Of a DNA stretch of 64,000 nucleotides, positions 56,967 to 64,000 are shown piece by piece. The notes beneath the pieces were generated by a model. The model was not told the origin of the DNA. It did not search any database and saw only the letters and a program-made list of their open reading frames with translations. The position numbers and the translations under genes were made by a program. Source of the DNA: an uncultured Oscillospiraceae bacterium. Lineage in GTDB: Bacteria; Bacillota; Clostridia; Oscillospirales; Ruminococcaceae. Where the stretch lies: positions 5,783 through 69,782 of the forward strand of contig CAYJIK010000001.1 of NCBI GenBank assembly GCA_964370205.1, read 5' to 3'. Within the stretch, counting starts at the first letter, position 1. Each line of letters begins with the position of its first letter.

Positions 56967-57956
56967 CTTAGCTAGTGGGGAGTGGCTCATGGCGTCCTTA
57001 ATATGCGTGTCCGCCAAATGGGTGTAAATCTCGGTGGTGGACAGCTGCGCATGGCCTAAAATTTCCTGTAGCACACGGACATCCGCCGCACCGTGTTGAT
57101 ACATTAGCGTTGCGGCGGTGTGACGCAGTTTGTGCGGTGAGTATCCTGTGCTGTCCAGGCCTGCTTGGGACAGTGTTTCGTCCACAAGTTGCTGGACACG
57201 TCTGCCTGTAATTCTGGTGCCTCTGTTAGACAGAAACAGCGCTCCACCGGGACGCTCCACATCGGCGGTGTCAGCTAAATAGCTTGCGATAGCTTGTTGA
57301 CAGGCGCTGTTCAGGTACAGTATGCGTTCCTTGTTACCCTTACCGATGACTCGAAGTGTATCACCTCGAATATCTCCCACGTTGAGAGCCACAAGTTCGG
57401 AAAGACGCATACCACAGTTTAAAAAAAGCGTGACAATACAGTAATCACGAGAATTACCGTGAAGCTTATCGCTTGATAATAATTTAACGCTTTCCTCGAG
57501 TGTAAGATATCGAGGAAGGCCTTTTTTTGTTTTCGGAAGCTCTAAACTTTCCGCAGGATTGTTTTTCATGATGGTGGTTCGAGTTGTTATATACTTATAA
57601 AACGATTTTATAGCAGAACTTTTCCTCGCTCTGGCAGTCGCTGAATTACTGCGTTCATGTTGTGTAAACGCCATAAAGTCGTAGAGGTCTGCAAGTGTAA
57701 CGGTGGTCATAAGCGCATTATCTGCATCACGTATCGGTATTTCATCAAAATCCATATCAGGGTCAATTGTAGAACTTGGTGAGGTTGAAATGCGAAAGCG
57801 ATAGAACATCTTGAGGTCGTTATAGTAAGCGTCAACGGTTTTTGGTGACATACTGCGGATGGTGAGCATGTAATTCAGAAACTCACGCATAAGGTCGGGA
57901 CAGTCGTAGAAAGGGGCGTATTTAGAACGAACAACATTTTTCTTAATTGTAGACAT
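56922..57956 (-). CDS. Tyrosine site-specific recombinase, XerC/XerD type
   Basis: Catalytic region RLSELVAL..., HKLRHTAATLM and LGHAQLSTTEIYTH. There is an N-terminal SAM-like domain with an insertion. The 3' end overlaps spoIIM by 45 nt (convergent). Confidence 0.85.
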   Translation of the reverse strand: MSTIKKNVVRSKYAPFYDCPDLMREFLNYMLTIRSMSPKTVDAYYNDLKMFYRFRISTSPSSTIDPDMDFDEIPIRDADNALMTTVTLADLYDFMAFTQHERSNSATARARKSSAIKSFYKYITTRTTIMKNNPAESLELPKTKKGLPRYLTLEESVKLLSSDKLHGNSRDYCIVTLFLNCGMRLSELVALNVGDIRGDTLRVIGKGNKERILYLNSACQQAIASYLADTADVERPGGALFLSNRGTRITGRRVQQLVDETLSQAGLDSTGYSPHKLRHTAATLMYQHGAADVRVLQEILGHAQLSTTEIYTHLADTHIKDAMSHSPLAKLQKPTKDSPTEDDE

Positions 57957-57990
57957 GCGAAACTCCTAAATGGCGGTTTTCAATTATATT

Positions 57991-58018
57991 ATTTCGCTAA
58001 ATTTGTATTTAGCGAAAT
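57991..58018. promoter_or_regulatory. 12 bp perfect inverted repeat upstream of the recombinase gene
   Basis: ATTTCGCTAAAT-TTGT-ATTTAGCGAAAT lies 35-62 nt upstream of the ATG at 57956. Confidence 0.4.
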
Positions 58019-58264
58019 TTTATAAAACTATCCCCCACTGTTCCTTTCTATAAAATTCAGTTATGATACTACTTATGTGTTTATTTTTTGCTAATGCAGT
58101 CACAAGCCGCAAACTCGGAACACTCCTCAGATGATAACCCCAAAAGCAAAGCCACGTCTGATCTACGTACACAATCTAACAAACATCGCCACACAAATCA
58201 CAACGCTAAAACCCTTCTTCATTCCCATGTTTTGTTAAAAAAATCACAACAATGCCAATACCTA

Positions 58265-58738
58265 TCAATCAACAATACCAAGTTCCGTCATCAGTTTGGT
58301 GTAGCGTTCCAGTTCATGTTCGGCTACAGGAAAGTCGGGATTGTAGTGGCAGTGATCGAGCACATCTGCGTCCTTCAGAAGTTCGTCGTACTCGCCGTGG
58401 ACATTTTGCTTGTCGCTGTGGTTTGATATTGCGGTGACGATAATGTTTATTTCATCAACATTATAGGTGCCCAACTGCGTAATGATGCTTCTAGCCCTTT
58501 TCGAGCCGTTTAATGCGTGGTTTTCACTACTCCCCCCTGCTTCCATGTACCCTATATCATGGAGCATACCGCAGGTGGCGGCAAGTTCGGCGTTTAGACC
58601 TCGCTTTTTCGCAAGTAACACACAGAGTTTTGAAACTCCGTACATATGCGAAGCGTATATGCAAAGCTGTTTAGTCTCGTTCTCCCCGACTATATTGTCA
58701 AGGCACTCCCTCAGAAGCTCTAACCTATTTTCCTCCAT
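58265..58738 (-). CDS. HD-domain phosphohydrolase
   Basis: SD GGGAGGGGAG precedes ATG 58738. Motifs are HMYGVSKLC...CGMLHDIGY. Confidence 0.75.
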   Translation of the reverse strand: MEENRLELLRECLDNIVGENETKQLCIYASHMYGVSKLCVLLAKKRGLNAELAATCGMLHDIGYMEAGGSSENHALNGSKRARSIITQLGTYNVDEINIIVTAISNHSDKQNVHGEYDELLKDADVLDHCHYNPDFPVAEHELERYTKLMTELGIVD

Positions 58739-58873
58739 AGCACTCCCCTCCCCCGCTAAACTCTTGCCAACATTATACCACAAAAAAGCGAAGCACAAAA
58801 GTATACACTTTCATCGCTCCGCTTGTTTTTATATATTTTTTCAGATTGTGTCGCCACTATCTAATGACTCTGC

Positions 58874-59335
58874 CTATTCCTCTTCGCTCATCGCTTCGTC
58901 GATGTCAAACTCCAGACTTTCGCCACAGTTTGGGCAAGTCATTTGACCGGACTCAGCCATGCTTTTATCTAGAAATATGCTGTCCGAACAGGTGGGACAA
59001 ATAATTTCATACACAGGACCTTCAATCAGTTCCTCGTCGTCATCACCACATCCACAGCCGCAACCACAGCCACAGTCATCGTCGTCGTCATCGTAATCTT
59101 CATCGTCATAATCGTCGTATAGGTCTTCCTCCACTAAGCTTAGATCCTCGTCGATAATGTCAACATGGTGACCAAGCTCTACGATAACTTCGGTGTTTTC
59201 GGTGATTTCGAACGCCATGTCCTCCAGTGTGTCAATTATAGCGGAAAACAGTTTGCCTTCGTTTGTGGTTTTGTCTATTGACATGCCATCAAGAAGCCCC
59301 TTTAGGTAAGCAACTTTCTCGGTTATCTTCATCAT
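58874..59335 (-). CDS. Acidic zinc-ribbon protein with a (Cys-Gly)5 run (CD1247 N-terminal domain-like)
   Basis: N-terminus MMKITEKVAYLKGLLDGM; central DDDDDDCGCGCGCGCGDDD; zinc ribbon CPTC...CPNCGE. It lies directly upstream of efp on the same strand. Confidence 0.65.
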   Translation of the reverse strand: MMKITEKVAYLKGLLDGMSIDKTTNEGKLFSAIIDTLEDMAFEITENTEVIVELGHHVDIIDEDLSLVEEDLYDDYDDEDYDDDDDDCGCGCGCGCGDDDEELIEGPVYEIICPTCSDSIFLDKSMAESGQMTCPNCGESLEFDIDEAMSEEE

Positions 59336-59435
59336 AATAATCTACATCCCTTTCTTAGGTGTTTTGAGTATTCACAATTTTCATACCAAATTGCAGTCGT
59401 ATACTACACTGTGCCATTGCAGACATCGCAAACGC

Positions 59436-59996
59436 CTACTTTGCACGCTCCAGATACTCGCCTGTTCTGGTGTCAACACGGATTTTGTCGCCCTCGTTTA
59501 TAAACAGAGGCACGCTTATTTCCGCACCGGTTTCAAGTGTTGCCGGCTTTTGGACATTTGTCGCTGTATCTCCCTTGAATCCGGGGTCAGTCTGAGTTAT
59601 GACAAGTTCCACGAAAACAGGAGGCTCTACGCCGAAAACGCTACCCTTGTAGGACAGCACCTTAACGTCGGTGTTCTCTTTGACAAACTTGAAGTTGTCG
59701 TCTAAAACATCCTCGCTGATGGGCATGTTTTCGTAGGTTTCGTTGTCCATAAAGTAGTAAAGGTTGCCGTCCTGATATAGGTACTGCATGTCCTTTCTCT
59801 CAACAAAAGCTGTAGGGAACTTATCACTGGGGTTAAAGGTACGCTCAACCACCGCTCCTGTAATAACATTTCTAATCTTCGTGCGCACAAACGCCGCACC
59901 TTTTCCGGGTTTTACATGCTGAAACTCGATAATCTGAAAAACTGCACCGTCGATATCGAAGGTAACACCGTTTCTAAAATCGCCTGCTACTACCAT
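59436..59996 (-). CDS. efp: Elongation factor P
   Basis: SD AGGAGG precedes ATG 59996. The sequence begins [44 protein letters not shown]. The ORF-track 5' extension to 60107 is not supported. Confidence 0.95.
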   Translation of the reverse strand: MVVAGDFRNGVTFDIDGAVFQIIEFQHVKPGKGAAFVRTKIRNVITGAVVERTFNPSDKFPTAFVERKDMQYLYQDGNLYYFMDNETYENMPISEDVLDDNFKFVKENTDVKVLSYKGSVFGVEPPVFVELVITQTDPGFKGDTATNVQKPATLETGAEISVPLFINEGDKIRVDTRTGEYLERAK

Positions 59997-60340
59997 AAAT
60001 ATAGCCTCCTTAAAATAATAACTAACTAAAACCTCGCTGTACGGCATGTCCAAACACTCCGCAAACAAATCCAAAGTGTGCGGAAACTTACATAATAAAT
60101 CAAACAAACTGTTTAATGATGCTGTACTTCCATACCATTTTACTCTAAAAGTGCGGTTTTGGCAATAGGTTATAGAAAACTACTATGTAAAAACCATAAA
60201 TTTTTTACATAAAATGTGTGACACATCACAAAACCCACTAAATGCATAGTGAGATTTCTGAATTGTCACTGTATTACAGTGGTAGCTTTGTTATTATACT
60301 GTGGAGTGCGGGGCATTATATGTAAATTATTGTCACGCAC

Positions 60341-60386
60341 AAAAAAGAAGCGGAGTGAGCTGACTATTGCCTGCCCTCTCCGCTTC
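60341..60386 (-). terminator. Rho-independent terminator after the DUF378 gene
   Basis: On the minus strand, GAAGCGGAG, 22 nt loop, CTCCGCTTC, then TTTTTT. Confidence 0.7.
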
Positions 60387-60407
60387 GTTTCTATTCATCT
60401 GCGAAAT

Positions 60408-60617
60408 CTAGGTTATTTCACCACTTTGCTCTATATGCTTAAACAGTAGCGAAATACACCACACTCCCGCAACGGCTACCAGTGTGTAGACCACACGGCT
60501 GATAAGCCCTGCCTGGCCTCCAAAAAGCCAAGCCACCGCATCAAACTGTAAAAGCCCGATAAGCCCCCAGTTTAGTGCGCCAACAATAACTAATAGTAAA
60601 GCTGCTTTATCAATCAT
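60408..60617 (-). CDS. DUF378-family small membrane protein
   Basis: MIDKAALLLVIVGALNWGLIGLLQFDAVAWLFGGQAGLISRVVYTLVAVAG has the typical ALNWGL.G...FD.V motif. Confidence 0.75.
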   Translation of the reverse strand: MIDKAALLLVIVGALNWGLIGLLQFDAVAWLFGGQAGLISRVVYTLVAVAGVWCISLLFKHIEQSGEIT

Positions 60618-60923
60618 AGTATATACCCATGCTTTTTCACCCATAAACATGACATTATGCCCAAAAGGCGGCATGGGTTTGCACCACCTTTCGACTATTT
60701 TTGGATCCACCACTACTATTCACACAGCCTAGAGTGTGCGGACAGCTTTTGGAAGTTCTCAGTCTGACGTTAGAAGTTTTAGTTTCAAAGGGAAACTTCA
60801 CTTTTTTCGCTGACAAAAAACCTGCTCAAAATCTGCACTGTTTATATAGCAAAGACAGACCCTAGTCATATTTATTATACACAGCACAATAGCCTATATA
60901 CAGAATAAAAATTACCTTTGAAA

Positions 60924-61697
60924 TCACCTTTTAATTTCAAAAACCCTCAAACCGTTTTCAAAGGTCGCTTTTACAAATTCATCCTTTTGTATACCCTTTA
61001 GTTCGGACAACACCTGGACCACACTGTGAAGCATAGTGGAGTCACAGCGTTTTCCCCTGTTCGGTACAGGTGCCATATATGGGCAATCAGTTTCGATAAG
61101 TAGCCTGTCCATCGGGACTGCCGCCGCCGCTAACAGTGGCTTCTTTGCATTTTTAAAGGTCACAACACCGGTAAAACCGATGTATAGCCCCAAATCCACC
61201 ATCTGTTTGGCTAGATGTTCGTCACCTGAGAAGCAGTGTACAATCCCCTTTGGACGGTACTTCTTTATGATGTCCATGGTGTCGGCTACCGCCTCCCTCG
61301 AGTGGATAACCACAGGAAGGTCAAGTTCCTTGGCAAGTTCCAGCTGACGGGCAAACACCTGCTTTTGCACATCTCGGGGGGAGAAGTCATAGTGATAGTC
61401 AAGCCCTATCTCCCCTATCGCAACAATTTTATTATCCTTTACACCCTCAAGTATACTCCCCTCAACTTCCGAGTTGTAATCACTCGAATTATGAGGGTGT
61501 ATGCCCAGTGTGCCATAAAAAAAACTGTGATTTCTTGCCAGTTCCATTGTCGTGGAAAGTGATTTCACACTGCTTGAGCAGTTCACTACAAGCTCAATGC
61601 CGCTTGCAGGCAGTGCTTTTATCACCACTTCCCTATCGTCATCAAACTGCTTATCGTCATAGTGGGCGTGTGTGTCGAAAATTCCCGGCATTAGCAT
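60924..61697 (-). CDS. tatD: TatD-family metal-dependent hydrolase
   Basis: Motifs FDTHAH, GEIGLDY, VIHSREA and ETDCPY. It lies downstream of metG, as is commonly seen. Confidence 0.9.
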   Translation of the reverse strand: MLMPGIFDTHAHYDDKQFDDDREVVIKALPASGIELVVNCSSSVKSLSTTMELARNHSFFYGTLGIHPHNSSDYNSEVEGSILEGVKDNKIVAIGEIGLDYHYDFSPRDVQKQVFARQLELAKELDLPVVIHSREAVADTMDIIKKYRPKGIVHCFSGDEHLAKQMVDLGLYIGFTGVVTFKNAKKPLLAAAAVPMDRLLIETDCPYMAPVPNRGKRCDSTMLHSVVQVLSELKGIQKDEFVKATFENGLRVFEIKR

Positions 61698-61708
61698 TTC
61701 CTCTCTAT

Positions 61709-63688
61709 CTACCTTACCACCGAACCAACCGGCACAGCGTCATCTATAAATATAACCTTCACATCGGGGCTTCCGTCCTCTTTTACCGAGTCGGCGGCTA
61801 GTATCATGCCTTCGCTCACCACGCCACGCAGTTTTGCCGGCTGTAGGTTTGCGACAACGCATACCTTCTTGCCTATTAACTCTTCGGGAGTATACCACGG
61901 CGCAATACCGCTTACTACCTGTCTGCCGCCCTCCATGCCGTCGTCAAGCTGTAGCTGAAGAAGCTTGTCCGACTTCTTAACAGGCTCGCAGGTGACTATC
62001 TTAGCAACACGCAGGCTGACCTTTGCAAAGTCGGCTATTGTTATTATGCCCTGTGTTTCCTCTTGTTTTTCCTTGGGTTTTTCTTCTTTTGGAGCTTCGA
62101 CTTTTTTCTCTGTCTTAGCTTCGACCGGTGCTGTCATTGCTTCAAGTTCCGCAATTTCCTTTTCGATGTCTATACGTGGAAACAGGTTTTCCCCTCTGTG
62201 AATATTATAGCGCGACTGTGTTCTGTACATAGCAAATTCATGCAGTTGCGACAACCAGTCCACGCCGAGGTCACGCAGTATCCTATCACAGGAGGACGGC
62301 ATAAACGGCGTAAGCAGTATAGCAGAAATTCGTATAACTTCTAACAGATTGAACAGCACGCACGCAAGACGTGGATGGTCTTCGGGGTTTTTGCCGAGTA
62401 TCCACGGTGTGGTTTCGTCTATATATTTGTTAGCTCTCGCCACAACTGCCATAACATCAACAAGAGCACTCTGGAAGTGTTGTTCTTCCATGTTCGCCTC
62501 GTACTTGTCTTTGACAGTCTTCATCATCTCGACAAGTTCATTGTCGATGTCAGCGGTCACTCGCTCTGTCGGCAATTCCGCTCCAAAGTACTTCTCGCAC
62601 ATGGTAAGTGTACGTGAGACAAGGTTACCGAGGTCGTTGGACAGGTCGGTATTTATGCGTGTGGCAAGCAGTTCGTTTGAGAATGTTCCGTCCGAGCCAA
62701 ATGGAAACTCACGAAGCAAGAAGTAGCGAAGTGCGTCAGCACCATAGCGGTTAGCAAGTATGACAGGGTCTATAACATTTCCACGGGACTTGCTCATCTT
62801 ATTGCCATCCATCAGTAGCAGACCATGCACAAACACCTTTGACGGAAGTGGCAGGTCTAGCGCCATAAGCACCGCAGGCCAGATGATGGTGTGGAAGCGG
62901 TTTATCTCACGTCCTGCCAGATGGACGTCACCGGGCCAGAACTTATCAAATCCTGTGTTTTTATCGTTGAGATACCCAAGCGACGATATATAACTGAACA
63001 GCGCATCAATCCAAACATATATGACATGCTCGGGGTCAAAGTCAACCGACACGCCCCAGTTAAAGCTGGTTCGAGTGACACAGAGGTCCTCAAGCCCCGG
63101 CTTAATAAAGTTATTTATCATCTCGGTGAGTGCGGAAGGTGGGTAGACAAAGTTAGGGTTGTTCTTATAAAACTCCACGAGGCGATCAGCGTATTTAGAC
63201 AGCTTAAAGAAGTACGCCTCCTCCTCTGCGTCTATGACATCACGCCCACAGTCGGGACACTTGCCTGCGACCAGCTGTGTTTCTGTCCAAAACGACTCGC
63301 AGGGAACGCAGTACTTACCCTTGTAACCACCCTTGTAAATATCGCCGTTGTCAAACAGTATCTTAAAAGCACGCTGAACTGTCTGTTCATGGTAGTCATC
63401 TGTAGTGCGGACATATCTATCGTAGGAGATATCCATAAGTTCCCACAGCTTGTAGATATCAGCGACAATGCCGTCCACATACGCCTTAGGGGTAACCCCT
63501 GCCGCCTTTGCTTTTTCCTCTATTTTTAAGCCGTGCTCATCTGTCCCTGTAACAAACACAACGTCCATACCATACTGACGCTTGTACCTCGCCATAACGT
63601 CAGCGGCGACAGTACAGTAGGCGTGACCAATATGCAACTTGTCACTCGGGTAGTATATCGGGGTTGAGATGTAAAAGGTCTCTTTCAT
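61709..63688 (-). CDS. metG: Methionine--tRNA ligase (with C-terminal tRNA-binding EMAP/Trbp111 domain)
   Basis: HIGHAYCT (HIGH), KMSKSRGN (KMSKS), zinc knuckles CVPC..CPDCG, and a C-terminal OB-fold (LRVAKIVTCEPVKKSDKLL). Confidence 0.97.
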   Translation of the reverse strand: MKETFYISTPIYYPSDKLHIGHAYCTVAADVMARYKRQYGMDVVFVTGTDEHGLKIEEKAKAAGVTPKAYVDGIVADIYKLWELMDISYDRYVRTTDDYHEQTVQRAFKILFDNGDIYKGGYKGKYCVPCESFWTETQLVAGKCPDCGRDVIDAEEEAYFFKLSKYADRLVEFYKNNPNFVYPPSALTEMINNFIKPGLEDLCVTRTSFNWGVSVDFDPEHVIYVWIDALFSYISSLGYLNDKNTGFDKFWPGDVHLAGREINRFHTIIWPAVLMALDLPLPSKVFVHGLLLMDGNKMSKSRGNVIDPVILANRYGADALRYFLLREFPFGSDGTFSNELLATRINTDLSNDLGNLVSRTLTMCEKYFGAELPTERVTADIDNELVEMMKTVKDKYEANMEEQHFQSALVDVMAVVARANKYIDETTPWILGKNPEDHPRLACVLFNLLEVIRISAILLTPFMPSSCDRILRDLGVDWLSQLHEFAMYRTQSRYNIHRGENLFPRIDIEKEIAELEAMTAPVEAKTEKKVEAPKEEKPKEKQEETQGIITIADFAKVSLRVAKIVTCEPVKKSDKLLQLQLDDGMEGGRQVVSGIAPWYTPEELIGKKVCVVANLQPAKLRGVVSEGMILAADSVKEDGSPDVKVIFIDDAVPVGSVVR

Positions 63689-63736
63689 TTTTACGCTCCT
63701 TTATTGTAACCACATTTTGGTGGTGTTTTTGTTTTG

Positions 63737-64000
63737 TTATAAGTATAACCTATAGATAAGCTGTTCTTGGGAACTTTCTCTAAAGAAAACATAATCTGTA
63801 GGCAGCGCAGTCTTTTCGGCGAACACTGCGCCGAGCTTTTTGATAATATGCTCCGATACAGCGTTACTCTCCCGACAGCAAAGCATTATTTCGCTCATGC
63901 CATGCGCCACAAAAAGTGGTAGCAACATCTTCGCAGCCACATATGAGTAGTTATTACCACGAAAAGGCACGTCTATCTCGTAACCGACATTACCGTTATA
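63737..64000 (-). CDS. GNAT-family acetyltransferase, C-terminal part (5' end outside the window)
   Basis: The frame stays open to base 64000 (..YNGNVGYEIDVPFRGNNYSYVAAKMLL..), showing the typical GNAT motif A region. Confidence 0.5.
   Translation of the reverse strand, partial: YNGNVGYEIDVPFRGNNYSYVAAKMLLPLFVAHGMSEIMLCCRESNAVSEHIIKKLGAVFAEKTALPTDYVFFRESSQEQLIYRLYL

Noticed and set aside
56922-57956. The tyrosine recombinase as an integrase marking a mobile element or prophage boundary.
   Set aside because: It has XerC/XerD-type motifs and sits next to spoIIM, as in the B. subtilis xerD (ripX) neighbourhood. The flanking genes are housekeeping, and no phage, conjugation or att-like repeats were seen.
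58088-58426. A 112 aa plus-strand ORF and an 18-codon minus-strand mini-ORF (ATG at 58228) in the recombinase/HD-gene spacer.
   Set aside because: The plus-strand ORF overlaps the HD-domain gene antisense and is low-complexity (His/Asn/Ser/Lys). The mini-ORF has no SD. Neither shows family features.

Overview
This 64 kb window is a densely coded chromosomal core region from an endospore-forming Firmicute. The gene order is Clostridia/Bacillus-like, but the taxon cannot be fixed from sequence alone. I support about 66 protein genes, almost all housekeeping. They include smc-ftsY; rdgB-yhbY-nadD/yqeK-rsfS-leuS; rpsU; lon-engB; ispDF; cdaA-cdaR; hpf; recJ-relA-dtd; hemZ-like; sepF-divIVA; ileS-lspA-rluD; radA; murC-glmS; spoVG; dpaAB; spoIIM; a XerC/D-type recombinase; efp; tatD; and metG. 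rpsU (58 aa) falls below the ORF-track length cutoff and was found by translating the sequence directly. I saw no rRNA, tRNA, CRISPR array, transposase/IS element or prophage block. I cannot point to a clear multi-gene novel system. The parts the gene list does not explain are mostly non-coding: (1) a short repeat family sitting directly in front of the rdgB, lon and spoIIM start codons, with an ~80 nt core shared by lon and spoIIM whose closing stem pairs using different sequences; (2) a REP-like cluster of GC-rich palindromes after leuS; (3) a 415 nt divIVA-ileS spacer holding a duplicated terminator around a 147 nt structured insert and a 149 nt segment closed by a ~19 bp stem, with no T-box; (4) glmS with no room for a glmS ribozyme. 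Protein-level oddities include a nadD-yqeK fusion, an XRE + SLOG/DUF1273-like pair with an in-frame TGA, a four-gene zinc-ribbon/MazG/DUF2974/TPM block, and an acidic protein with a (Cys-Gly)5 run. All family assignments come from motif recognition by eye, with no database search.
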